A stretch of DNA of 64,000 bases from contig NW_024704742.1 of the NCBI RefSeq assembly GCF_018977255.1, positions 120,220,001 to 120,284,000 of the forward strand, in the 5' to 3' direction. The position numbers were made by a program, and so were the translations under genes. Each line of letters opens with the position of its first letter. Positions within the stretch are counted from its first letter, which is position 1. Shown piece after piece: positions 51,865-64,000 of the stretch. The notes under the pieces are model-generated. The model was given only the letters and a program-made list of their open reading frames with translations. It did no database searches and was not told the DNA's origin. Source of the DNA: Callorhinchus milii (taxonomy: Eukaryota).

Positions 51865-54800
51865 TCTCATTCCCCTGGGTTAGCCTTGCTCAGAGTCTCA
51901 TTCCCCTGGGTTAGCCTTTTTCAGAGCGCTCATTCCCCTCGGTTAGCCTTTCACAGAGCGCTCATTCTCCTGGGTTAGCCTTGCTCAGAGCGCTCATTCC
52001 CCTGGGTTAGCCTTGCTCAGAGCGTTCATTCCCCTGGGTTAGCCTTGCTCAGAGCGCTCATTCCCGTGGGTTAGCCTTGCTCAGAGCGCTCATTCCCCTG
52101 GGTTAGCCTTGCTCAGAGAGCTCATTCCTCTGGGTTAGCCTTTCTCAGAGCTCTCATTCCTCTGGGTTAGCCTTGCTCAGAGCTCTCATTCCCTTGGGCA
52201 AGCCTTGCTCAGAGCTCTCATTCCCCTGGGTTAGCCTTGCCCAGATCTCTCATTCCCCTGGGTTAGCCTTGCTCAGAGCTCTCATTCGACTGGGTTAGCC
52301 TTGCCCAGATCTCTCATTCCCCTGGGTTAGCCTTGCTCAGTCTCATTCCACCTGGGTTAGCCTTGCTCAGAGTCTCATTCCCCTGGGTTAGCCTTGCTCA
52401 GAGTGCTCATTCCCCTGGGTTAGCCTTGCTCAGAGCGCTCATTCCACTGGGTTAGCCTTGCTCAGAGCGCTCATTCCCCAGGGTTAGCCTTGCTCAGAGC
52501 GCTCATTCCCCTGGGTTAGCCTTGCTCAGAGTCTCATTCCCCTGGGTTAGCCTTGCTCAGAGTCTCATTCCCCTGGGTTAGCCTTGCTCAGAGTCTCATT
52601 CCCCTGGGTTAGCCTTGCTCAGAGCGCTCATTCCCCTGGGTTAGCCTTGCTCAGAGCGTTCATTCCCCTGGGTTAACCTTGCTCAGAGCGCTCATTCCCC
52701 TGGGTTAGCCTTGCTCAGAGTCTCATTCCCCTGGGTTAGCCTTGCTCAGAGCGCTCATTCCCCTGGGTTAGCCTTGCTCAGAGCACTCGTTCCCCTGGGT
52801 TAGCCTTGCTCAGTCTCATTCCCCTGGGTTAGCCTTGCTCAGAGCGCTCATTCCCCTGGGTTAGCCTTGCTCAGAGCGCTCATTCCCCTGGGTTAGCATT
52901 GCTCAGTCTCATTCCCCTGGGTTAGCCTTGCTCAGTCTCATTCCCCTGGGTTAGCCTTGCTCAGTCTCATTCCCCTGGGTTAGCCTTGCTCAGTCTCATT
53001 CCCCTGGGTTAGCCTTGCTCAGAGCGCTCATTCCCCTGGGTTAGCCTTGCTCAGAGCGCTCATTCCCCTGGGTTAGCCTTGCTTAGTCTCATTCCCCCGG
53101 GTTAGCCTTGCTTAGTCTCATTCCCCCTGGGTTAGCCTTGCTCAGTCTCATTCCCCTGGGTTAGCCTTGCTCAGAGCGCTCATTCCCCTGGGTTAGCCTT
53201 GCTCAGTCTCATTCCCCCTGGGTTAGCCTTGCTCAGAGTGCTCATTCCCCTGGGTTAGCCTTGCTCAGTCTCATTCCCCCTGGGTTAGCCTTGCTCAGAG
53301 CGCTCATTCCACGGGTTAGCCTTGCTCAGAGCGCTCATTCCCCTGGGTTAGCCTTGCTCAGAGCGCTCATTCCCCTGGGTTAGCCTTGCTCAGAGTCTCA
53401 TTCCCCTGGGTTAGGCTTGCTCAGAGCGCTCATTCCCCTGGGTTAGCCTTGCTCAGAGCGCTCATTCCCCTGGGTTAGCCTTGCTCAGAGCGCTCATTCC
53501 CCTGGGTTAGCCTTGCTCAGTCTCATTCCCCCTGGGTTAGCCAAGCTCAGTCTCATTCCCCTGGGTTAGCCTTGCTCAGTCTCATTCCCCCTGGGTTAGC
53601 CTTGTTAAGAGTCTCATTCCCCTGGCTTAGCCTTGCTCAGAGCGCTCATTCCCCTGGGTTAGCCTTGCTCAGAGCGCTCATTTCACTGGGTTAGCCTTGC
53701 TCAGAGCGCTCATTCCCCTGGGTTAGCCTTGCTCAGAGCGCTCATTCCCCTGGGTTAGCCTTGCTCAGAGTCTCATTCCCCTGGGTTAGCCTTGCTCAGA
53801 GTCTCATTCCCCTGGGTTAGCCTTGCTCAGAGCGCTCATTCCCCTGGGTTAGCCTTGCTCAGAGCGCTCATTCCCCTGGTTTAACCTTGCTCAGAGCGCT
53901 CATTCCCATGGGTTAGCCTTGCTCAGAGACTCATTCCCCTGGGTTAGCCAAGCTCAGTCTCATTCCCCCTGGGTTAGCCTTACTCAGAGCGCTCATTCTC
54001 CTGGGTTAGCCTTGCTCAGAGCGCTCATTCCCCTGGTTTAGCCTTGCTCAGAGCGCTCATTCCCCTGGGTTAGCCTTGCTCAGAGCGCTCATTCCCCTGG
54101 GTTAGCCTTGCTCAGTCTCATTCCCCTGGGTTAGCCTTGCTCAGAGTGCTCATTCCCCTGGGTTAGCCTTGCTCAGAGCGCTCATTCCCCTGGGTTAGCC
54201 TTGCTCAGTCTCATTCCCCTGGGTTAGCCTTGCTCAGAGTCTCATTCCCCTAGGTTAGCCTTGCTCAGAGCGCTCATTCCCCTGGGTTAGCCTTGCTCAG
54301 AGCGCTCATTCCCCTGGGTTAGCCTTGCTCAGTCTCATTCCCCCTGGGTTAGCCTTGCTCAGAGTCTCATTCCCCTGGGTTAGCCTTGCTCAGAGTGCTC
54401 ATTCCCCTGGGTTAGCCTTGCTCAGTCTCATTCCCCCTGGGTTAGCCTTGCTCAGAGTGCTCATTCCCCTGGGTTAGCCTTGCTCAGTCTCATTCCCCCT
54501 GGGTTAGCCTTGCTCAGAGTGCTCATTCCCCTGGGTTAGCCTTGCTCAGTCTCATTCCCACTGGGTTAACCTTGCTCAGAGCGCTCATTCCACTGGGTTA
54601 GCCTTGCTCAGAGCGCTCATTCCCCTGAGTTAGCCTTGCTCAGAGCGCTCATTCCCCTGGGTTAGCCTTGCTCAGAGTCTCATTCCCCTGGGTTAGCCTT
54701 GCTCAGAGTCTCATTCCCCTGGGTTAGCCTTGCTCAGAGCGCTCATTCCCCTGGGTTAGCCTTGCTCAGAGCGCTCATTCCCCTGGGTTAACCTTGCTCA

Positions 54801-57370
54801 GAGCGATCATTCCCCTGGGTTAGCCTTGCTCAGAGTCTCATTCCCCTGGGTTAGCCTTGCTCAGAGACTCATTCCCCTGGGTTAGCCAAGCTCAGTCTCA
54901 TTCCCCCTGGGTTAGCCTTGCTCAGAGCGCTCATTCCCCTGGTTTAGCCTTGCTCAGTGCGCTCATTGCCCTGGGTTAGCCTTGCTCAGAGCGCTCATTC
55001 CCCTGGTTTAGCCTTGCTCAGAGCGCTCATTCCCCTGGGTTAGCCTTGCTCAGAGCGCTCATTCCCCTGGGTTAGCCTTGCTCAGTCTCATTCCCCTGGG
55101 TTAGCCTTGCTCAGAGTGCTCATTCCCCTGGGTTAGCCTTGCTCAGAGCGCTCATTCCCCTGGGTTAGCCTTGCTCAGAGCGCTCAATCCCCTGGGTTAG
55201 CCTTGCTCAGAGCGCTCATTCCCCTGGGTTAGCCTTGCTCAGTCTCATTCCCCCTGGGTTAGCTTTGCTCAGTCTCATTCCCCTGGGTTAGCCTTGCTCA
55301 GAGTGCTCATTCCCCTGGGTTAGCCTTGCTAAGTCTCATTCCCCCTGGGTTAGCCTTGCTCAGAGCGCTCATTCCCCTGGGTTAGCCTTGCTCAGAGCGC
55401 TCATTCCCCTGGGTTAGCCTTGCTCAGTCTCATTCCCCCTGGGTTAGCCTTGCTCAGAGTGCTCATTCCCCTGGGTTAGCCTTGCTCAGTCTCATTCCCC
55501 TGGGTTAGCCTTGCTCAGAGCGCTCATTCCCCTGGGTTAGCCTTGCTCAGAGCGCTCATTCCCCTGGGTTAGCCTTGCTCAGTCTCATTCCCCCTGGGTT
55601 AGCCTTGCTCAGAGCGCTCATTCCCCTGGGTTAGCCTTGCTCAGTCTCATTCCCCCTGGGTTAGCCTTGCTCAGAGCGCTCATTCCCCTGGGTTAGCCTT
55701 GCTCAGAGCGCTCATTCCCCTGGGTTAGCCTTGCTCAGAGCGCTCATTTTCCTGGGTTAGCCTTGCTCAGAGTCTCATTCCCCTGGGTTAGCCTTGCTCA
55801 GAGTCTCATTCCCCTGGGTTAGCCTTGCTCAGAGCGCTCATTCCCCTGGGTTAGCCTTGCTCAGAGCTCTCATTCCCCTGGGTTAACCTTGCTCAGAGTG
55901 CTCATTCCCCTGGGTTAGCCTTGCTCAGGGTCTCATTCCCCTGGGTTAGCCTTGCTCAGAGCGCTCATTCCCCTGGGTTAGCCTTGCTCAGAGCACTCAT
56001 TCCCCTGGGTTAGCTTTGCTCAGAGCGCTCATTCCCCTGGGTTAGCCTTGCTCAGAGCGCTCATTCCCCTGGGTTAGCCTTGCTCAGTCTCATTCCCCCT
56101 GGGTTAGCCTTGCTCAGTCTCATTCCCCTGGGTTAGCCTTGCTCAGTCTCATTCCCCTGGGTTAGCCTTGCTCAGTCTCATTCCCCTGGGTTAGCCTTGC
56201 TCAGAGCGCTCATTCCCCTGGGTTAGCCTTGCTCAGTATCATTCCCCCTGGGTTAGCCTTGCTCAAAGCTCTCATTCCCCTGGGTTAGCCTTGCTAACCT
56301 CAGGCGCTGACACCATCAGCATCCAAGGCTGCACTCTCCACCTTTCAAAGCCAGTCAGGAACCTCGGCGTTTTGTTCGACCCTGAGCTGTCCTTTCTCCC
56401 TCACATCCGCACCACAACTGGCACCGCCTTCCATCACCTCCGGAATATCGCCAGATTACGGCACTACCTCACCCCTCACGCCGCTGAAACCCTGGTTCAC
56501 GCCTTTGTCACCTCAAGGCTGGACTATGGGAACTCTCTCCTCGCCGGCCTTCCCGCCACCTCCCTCCACAAGCTGCAGGTCATTCAGAACTCTGCAGCTC
56601 GTGTACTGTCCCGCACCAGGCTTCGCGACCACATCACTCCCACCCTCGCTCGCCTCCACTGGCTCCCCATCCCCCAGAGGATTGATTTCAAGATCCTCAT
56701 CCTCACCTACAAGGCCATTCACGGCCTTGCTCCCTCCTACCTCTCCGACCTACTATCCCCCTACCTACCTGCCCGTACCCTCCGTTCCTCTGGCTCCGGT
56801 CTGCTCCACGTCCCCCGCCCCAACCGCCCTACTATCGGTGGTCGGGCCTTCAGCCTCTCAGCCCCCAGGCTCTGGAACTCCATCCCCCAGTGCCTTCGCC
56901 TTGCTTCCTCCCTTTCCTCCTTCAAGGCCGGTCTCAAAACCTTTCTCTTTGACCGAGCCTTCAGCTCCCCTCTCGACTCTCTTCCTCCTCCTCGCTCCCT
57001 CCCTTCCCTCCCCTCACCCTGACCATTTCCCCCCTCCTCTCTCCCTCCCTTCCCTCCCCTCACCCTGACCATTTCCCCCCTGCTCGGGTCATGACCCAAC
57101 TGTGCAGCACCTTGGGACGTCCTCCTGACGTGAAAGGCGCTCTATAAATGGAATCTTGTTGTTGTTGTTGTTGTTGCTCAGTCTCATTCCCCTGGGTTAG
57201 CCTTGCTCAGAGCGCTCATTCCCCCGGGTTAGCCTTGCTCAGAGTCTCATTCCCCTGGGTTAGCCTTGCTCAGAGCGCTCATTCCCCTGGGTTAGCCTTG
57301 CTCAGTCTCATTCCCCCTGGGTTAGCCTTGCTCAGAGCGCTCATTCCCTTGGGAGAGGTTTGCTCAGTTC
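51865..57370. repeat. 29-32 bp satellite array (about 140 units before and about 6 after the L2 insertion)
   Basis: Unit CAGAGCGCTCATTCCCCTGGGTTAGCCTTGCT with variants CAGAGTCTC and CAGTCTC. Confidence 0.98.
56297..57176 (+). mobile_element. Young L2-clade LINE inserted in the satellite array
   Basis: ORF 56291..57022 is almost identical to ORF 12157..12930; tail (TTG)n; satellite units on both sides. Confidence 0.95.
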
Positions 57371-58293
57371 ACCCTCCCTTTGGGCGCCTAACTTTCAAGC
57401 TCCTCGTTATGTGTACGTGATTTTTTGAGGCCTGACTCTGTGATTGGTGAGAGGGATGTCCATCAGCCAGGAGAGGCTGTGATGGGCTGCAGGAGTCGGT
57501 GCCCACCGACCAACCAACCTTTGCCGCGAGCTCGGGTGTGGGAGGGACCGCGTTAGGTGACGATGGGGCAACATGAGGCATCCTCAGAGCAATCAATGTC
57601 AATGAACCATCCCAAACTCTTCACATTAAAGCATGTAGCATTGGTGGCTATTGACGTATGTTACCATGCTGCATTCTGAGTGCGGTGCAGCTAGACGTTG
57701 CCTCGGGGGTCGAGGGAGGAAAAGAAAGGGGCTGCAGAAAAATGCTGCACGAGCACTTTTTAACTTCATAATAAGCTTTGTTTTCACTAACACTGAAACG
57801 CATGAGTTCTCACAAGAGGGAGTTGTTTTGATTACCAATTGTTCTGCTGACTATTGGTTTAGTTTAGGAAGACACACAACGTTAATAAGTTTGCTCTGAT
57901 TTTTTAAAAATGTGTTGTGTTGGAGCAGTCAGCTGTATTTTCTTAATTGAGCTTGTTTACCTCTTCAAAGATCGGATGTTAAGAATCAACAATTTCACAT
58001 ATTTAAAAAAAAGATGGGTTGACTTCCCAAAGAAAGAGGATTCCCTTTCTGATGTACCACATATGTCTGTCTTAATCCTCTCTTATCGGTATTGCATTAG
58101 TTAAGATTACTAACAATATTGTGATAAGGCTGGCCCCTGTTTATTGCATTGCACCAAGACACAATAAAAACAAATGTGTAAAATAAAAAGAAAATGGTAA
58201 ATCTGATTTTATAGACCGTCAATCTGTACTGCTGCAAAAGAAACACGCAGAACAATGAATTATATTTCAATACGCAATGTTCCCTTTTTGCAG

Positions 58294-58569
58294 GCATACG
58301 GATGACTGATTCCAAATAAGCGGCCAATGCGTCTTGGTGTTTCCCTGGTCTGTGAGGGCTTCTCAACGTTGATGATGGCTTTGTGTGTGGAGAGAAGTGG
58401 GCACACGGGTTGGTGCAGGGGCTGCTGGCCCTGTCGGCGCTGAGAGCCACCGCCGCACGGAAACGTGCCGAGAACGCAGAGACCCATGGGCTTGTTATGG
58501 TGCTCTTCTGGAGTCGACAAAACTGTCTAGCGCAAAGGTAGCATCAAATAGTTTTACGTTCACTAAATT
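58294..58569 (+). other. ADAMTS6: ADAMTS6 5'UTR part of the ATG-containing exon, with several uORFs
   Basis: TCCCTTTTTGCAG acceptor ending 58293; upstream ATGs at 58302, 58327, 58486 and 58497, all closing before the main ATG. Confidence 0.7.
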
Positions 58570-58666
58570 ATGGAAATTTTGTGGAAGACGTTGACTTGGA
58601 TTTTGAGCCTGGTCATGGCTGCTTCGGAATTTTACAGTGACACACGGCTATCTTACAGTTCTCAAG
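58570..58666 (+). CDS. ADAMTS6: ADAMTS6 first coding exon (signal peptide)
   Basis: [32 protein letters not shown] is near-identical to the ADAMTS6 N-terminus; G|GTAGG donor. Confidence 0.96.
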
Positions 58667-59431
58667 GTAGGACCATCTAATCTTGAGAATTCAACTGTAG
58701 AATGACAGCACTGCATCATAATTACATTTAAAAATACATTTTCTGGACTGTGTGTGAATATGAATGTTGGCCATTATTGGCACAGTTTAGCTTTTATTTA
58801 GCTACATTTTCTCATGTTTTCGACTCAATTCTGGTTACAATAATAGCACAAGTAATTACTAGAATAATCGAGCTACATGTTTAGTGATTTGAATCGTGAT
58901 AATACAATATATTTAAATGTATGTAATGCAGCTCTGTTATAACCATCAGATCTGGAATTGAGCAAGACAGGGACAAAGCTGCTTAAAGCGTCATTTGCTA
59001 TAACCTGAATTAAGCCACGAACACAACTAAATGTTAATGGGTATTAACAATGAACTCTGATTCTTATGTAAAATCACATTTATATGACTGAATCTTAGCA
59101 GCAAATTTGTGGCAATGTCGTGGTATTAAAGAGTATTACCAGCCACATTTCAATGGGTAACTGATCTGTTGTACACAAGTCTGGCTCTTTGTCTTTGCCA
59201 CTTTAACAAGATTCCACTGTAAGTTGATTTGATTCCATATGATAACATTTAATGGTGTCACGGCATATGCTGTCATTATTTGGTATCGTTTACATTCTAA
59301 ACTTATATGAGAGCGATTTCTTTTTAGATTGTGGATTGAATGAATTTAACTCATGTTTTGTAGTACTTTGTCACGTCCTTTTTTTTCTTCCACGCCCACT
59401 TCCTGGACCTTTCCACCTTGTGATTTCAAAG

Positions 59432-59796
59432 AGGAATTCCTTTCTTACCTTGAACATTATCAGCTCACGGTTCCTGTCCGAGTGGACCACAACGGAGATT
59501 TCCTCAACTACAGTGGAAAAAGCCACAGACATTCAAGGCGAAGGAGAAGTTCAGATCCTGCCCCTCATGATCCAAATGAATCTAAATTATTTTACAGACT
59601 GTCCGCCTATGGAAAGCACTTTCAATTAAACTTGACTTTAAATACTAATTTAATCTCCAGACATTTTATTGTAGAGTATTGGGGGAAAGATGGTCCAGAA
59701 TGGAAACACGAATTTATTGATAACTGCCATTACGTTGGATATGTACAAAATGAGTACAGTACCACGAAAGTGGCTTTAAGCAACTGTAATGGTTTG
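59432..59796 (+). CDS. ADAMTS6: ADAMTS6 coding exon 2 (prodomain)
   Basis: (E)[23 protein letters not shown]...HSRRRRS...[15 protein letters not shown]...VEYWGKDGP...CHYVG...[14 protein letters not shown] acceptor, GTGAGT donor. Confidence 0.97.
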
Positions 59797-60851
59797 GTGA
59801 GTAGAATAGGAAACGTGGGATATTTCTTTGTTAATTTACTTAATGATGTATTGCATAGGCTGGTGATATTATGCAGTAACCATAAATATTATTCCTGGGA
59901 GATGTTAACAGCCCAATGGAATTGTTCTATGAGAACAAGCATAAACAGCTGTCCCTCTGCATGTTGCACATGGCTAATTTGCATATGATCCACCATAGTG
60001 GGAAGGATAGCCAGATCTTAAAGAGGCAGATCCCTTTTCCTGGCCTCTGCTGACTGAATGTTATTCATAAACCCAGGCACACAACTTCCAGTGTAACATA
60101 TTAAAGCACAGATTCACGGCAAATATTCTTACAGTTCGAATAACTTTATTTTAAAATAATGTTAGAAATGTAATAAACAATTACATTTGTAAGGAAATAT
60201 GACCCTTTTTTCTTCAGTAAAATCTAAAAGTGTGCATAAATTATTCGGCATCCTCACTCCAAGGAGATAAAATGTTTATGGCAAATTTACAAGGAGTGAT
60301 TTAAGCTTGGTGCATGCACTACTGGATTTGTTTAGTGTACAGCAGCTTTCAAACAAAGTTTTAGATTAAAACGTATTTCTTGTTTGACTGAAGATGAATT
60401 GCCATTACAAACTGTTAGTTGCTGTCTTGTATGAAGATAACAAAATACATTAAAACAACAATCAAGTTTATTTATTAAACTGTTTGAAAGAAAATAAAGA
60501 AATGTTTAACCTATGCTAGTATGCTTTTCCAAAAAAATCTAATCATATGCATGTCTCCTTGATAAAAAACAAGGTAAAAAAGTTAAAATGTAAGCTTTTA
60601 ATTGTCATTAAATTTAATATATACTAACTCTAGCAAAAATAAAATGTATTTTCTGCAAATCGTTTGGATGATTTCCCTACGTTCACATTTTAATTCACTT
60701 TTCTGAGATTTTTTAAAAGAAAGAAAGGATTAAACTTACAAAAATAGAGTGATTTTTGCTTGCAAAAAAAAACATATATACATATAAAATATAAATCCAT
60801 ATGTATCAGGAGCTGTAATGTGAATTAATAATATTCTGTTTTCTTCTCAAG

Positions 60852-61023
60852 CATGGTGTCATTGTAACAGAAGAAGATCAGTATTTTATTGAGCCACTAC
60901 AGAATATATCTGTGAAGAATGCCAGTGACTTCACTCTTGGTGAAGACCATCCTCATGTTGTTTACAAGCTATCTTCGATCCGGCAAAAGCATCACACCAA
61001 GGCTTCGAACTGTGGAGTTGCAG
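60852..61023 (+). CDS. ADAMTS6: ADAMTS6 coding exon 3 (prodomain; gene continues beyond window)
   Basis: HGVIVTEEDQYFIEPLQN...HPHVVYKLS...SNCGVA; TCAAG acceptor, GTAAT donor. Confidence 0.96.
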
Positions 61024-61419
61024 GTAATTTTATTATATTTATTATATTATTATTATTATACTGTAACTTGTTTTATGTTCCAAATATAAAACAGCATAAA
61101 TCTGGTGAAATACAACATTTTTTTCCCAACATGACTTTTCTGGTGGTAATAAGCTAGTAGCAAGGATCAGTAAAGAAATTCTGTAAACAGAGAAATATTG
61201 AAATAAGTAATTTCCATCTGTATGTATATATATTGTGTGTGACAGAAACTCTGTTCACTGTATTTAATGCCTTTACTGCTTTTTGGTATGATGTGATTTT
61301 AATTAGTACAGTAAAAGTTGCGAGATGAGATTCATTGTTGATGTAAAAAGATCCTTCCGTATGATTCAGCTGTAAAAATCTAAATTGAAATATTTACACT
61401 TAAATATAGATACAAGTAT

Positions 61420-61575
61420 AAACGACTGTTTGTGGAACACTGCTGTGCGTAATTGACTGCTGCATTTCATTCACAAAATATACAGTAAATTCACTTTACA
61501 ATATTCTGTGACACGCTTTGAGATATCTCAACAATGCGATAAGGCACTATATCAAATGCAAAGATTATTATTATA
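61420..61575 (+). mobile_element. SINE 3' fragment
   Basis: GACTGTTTGTGG...GCACTATATCAAATGCAAAGATTATTA. Similar fragments at about 1322-1413, 2062-2166, 8614-8700, 10625-10705, 34570-34670, 41638-41762 and 63130-63250. Confidence 0.75.
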
Positions 61576-64000
61576 ACTTTAAAGCCAGAAAATCCTCAAC
61601 ATATGGCAAAGAATTATTAGGTATTGGTTCCTATGGATTGTATTGATGAACTTGCCATATTCTTTATGCTCTGAATTGTTGCATAGATAAATTAAATTTA
61701 GACCAACCTGAATTGTATCCTATTAGTGAACAGAAAACAACCTAAAAGAAAATACCACTAAAATGTTGATTTTCTTTGATTATTACTAATGTTGGCTGGT
61801 GCAATAATGAGCGGTGAGATTTAGAAAGAGATTTTGAAGATAATATCTGCTTAATCTTAGGAACTTTTAATGTTATACTGATTTTCACCATATATACGCC
61901 CTTTTTTTTGCAAAGCCAATGTGTAAAAATATTTTACCCCCAAATTACTTAAGTTCTCACCATTTTCTGGCATCTTTTGGCTTCTGGAAGGAGCTTGCAT
62001 TGCAGTCCTGCTGATCCACAAATTGTGTGCCCACAGATGATTCAGTGCATGGGTGACCTTAGTGAAGCATTTTATGCAATGTGTTTCAGGATCTATTCTT
62101 GGTGCCCATTTAATGTTATTTGATGCCAGAATTGCTCATTTGTTGCTTGTGATCTGAGAGTAAAGGAGCTGTTTGGAATTGTGCTGTGAAGCGTATCGTG
62201 GTGTGCTTTGACTACCATTAAAATGGAGAGATAAACCCAAATTAATAGCATATTTTTACTCTTTTGTTGGCTAAATTACCGTTGCACTTTAGTTTCAATT
62301 TTTTCACCTCAATTTTCTCTTGTTTATGGACATAAAAAAAAACCTGAAAAAAATATCCAAGTGGTAAAAATAAAAAAATTGTGGAGAAATATAAAAATGT
62401 AAACTAAAATATACTTCATTGTTCCTTAGGGATATTCATGCCTAATTTGAAAACGGAAAAATAGATTAATTACTTACTTCAGTGAATAGTTTGTGTGGCG
62501 GGAAAGAGCTGTGACAAACCATGGATAACATTAATTTACTTTTTACCGTTGTGCATTTCATAGACTTACTCTGGTGAGTGAATGCAAAGCAGAATTTATA
62601 GAGCTGAGCTACTTATTTTGAAAGTATTTGTTTAGTTTAAAACCAACACAGCGGAGGGAGAAGATGCAACATCATGTGCATTCTTTGCCGCATGTCAGGT
62701 TTATAGACTTCACCATGCTGGTAGAAAAAGAAATTGAGGAGATGCCAGTTGCTCCTTACAGGGAGGGCAAATTAGAGGTCATGTCACCCAAGGCCACTTA
62801 CACACATCTGGTTATTGATTCAAGGATAGCATTGACATTCAGAATGGTCTTAGAGCAGGTCACCCACTCATTATCTCAGTCAAGGGTATTGTTGCTGACA
62901 CTGAACTTTCTCAAGATCCAGTGGCTCTGGATAGACTCCCAGTATTCCCTCCCATTAAATGAAATGGAGCACCTCTGGTCCTCGCAATGGGGAAAGTATG
63001 GTTGTAACACTGTTTTTTCCCTCTCTGTGGTTTTTGGGAATTCCGCCTACACTTTAATGCTTCTTCAAAACTGTGTTTATATAAATTATATAGATTGCTT
63101 TTAAGGAATATTTTTGACAACAGGATTGATGTAACCTACAAGTTTCGTCCACAAAAGTATACAGTCAATTACTTTACAGCATATTCTGTGAAGAGCTTTG
63201 AGACATCTCAAAGACGTGTTTGAGACGAATGCAAGGATTATTATTATTATAAGTTGCATTTTATTCAGTTATCTGCTCATCAATTTAAGAATCATTAAAG
63301 CTTTATTATTTTATACTTGGTGTCTTCCTGTTAGTTGTGCAGTGACCCCTGGTGGAAAGTACCTGTAGATGGATATCCTTTGAGACAACTGTGATATTCC
63401 CCTGCCTGGTAACAATCACTATCTGGACTTAGTGAAGAATGGTCACTTGAAAGAGGAATCAAAGGGCTACTGACACCTACACAAGAAAACAGAAGTCCCC
63501 TAAAGGGAATTAGCAACTTTATATACTTACATAAATACAGATCTGATAGAGATTAATACTAAGATTAATACATTTGGATAATAGTATTTCATACTTCTGT
63601 CAGTGTCTCCTTGCTTTTGGCTCTGACATCCTCAACCTTCACGGCCTCTCTCTCCAACTCAGTGAACCAAATATAACCAAGTATTTAGTTTGACTCTCTG
63701 CTCTCTTTCCTCTTTCACATTCGGTCCCTAATCAAAGGACATTCTAGCTTGTCTGCATCTTCACCACATTGCCTGCCTCTGTCCCTGTCTCACCTCTAAT
63801 GCTGCTGAAAGCCTCTCTCAACCCCTCCATCTCACCCCCTCTATCATCTATCTTAAAAACCTACTCTTTGACCGTGCATACTGTCACCTTCCTCCTCCGG
63901 CACTTTCTTTGATACTCTATGTGAAGGGTGCTATATAGATGCAAGTTGTTACTGTCATTTAGTTTAGCAGAGATACAGTATATCTCTGGCTGGGTTTATA

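Noticed and set aside
51865..57370. CRISPR-like array or interstitial telomere
   Set aside because: No unique spacers, no cas genes, and a vertebrate context; only a single GGGTTAG per unit, with no (TTAGGG)n runs.
62628..63104. 158-aa ORF in an ADAMTS6 intron
   Set aside because: No resemblance to the next ADAMTS6 exon or to any domain I recognise; non-ATG start.

Overview
This is vertebrate genomic DNA, very probably from a cartilaginous fish and possibly a holocephalan (inferred from the tRNA/Deu-type SINEs, abundant young L2 and CR1 LINEs). Two divergently transcribed genes are clear. PPWD1 coding exons 1-5 lie on the minus strand (8222 to 774) and the gene continues beyond the left edge. 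ADAMTS6 lies on the plus strand, with a CpG-island promoter and probable non-coding exon near 45.8-46.5 kb and coding exons at 58570, 59432 and 60852, and it continues beyond the right edge. In human and chicken, CENPK sits between these two genes, head-to-head with PPWD1. I find no intact CENPK here. Instead there is a frameshifted remnant of its last exon (FWPP...LLKHG...RHP) at about 33.9 kb in the expected position and orientation, plus two weaker, collinear exon-like relics. A decayed CENPK (kinetochore CCAN subunit) at its ancestral locus is the most notable signal. The rest is mostly mobile DNA and repeats: SINE, L2 and CR1 copies (several nested), an SINE/L2 pair sharing a covarying 3' stem-loop, a Myb/SANT (Harbinger-like) relic, a 4.4 kb 29-32 bp satellite in ADAMTS6 intron 1 with an L2 insertion, and an L2-3'UTR-derived G-rich minisatellite in PPWD1 intron 1. 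Repeat boundaries are approximate; protein comparisons are from memory, not from searches.
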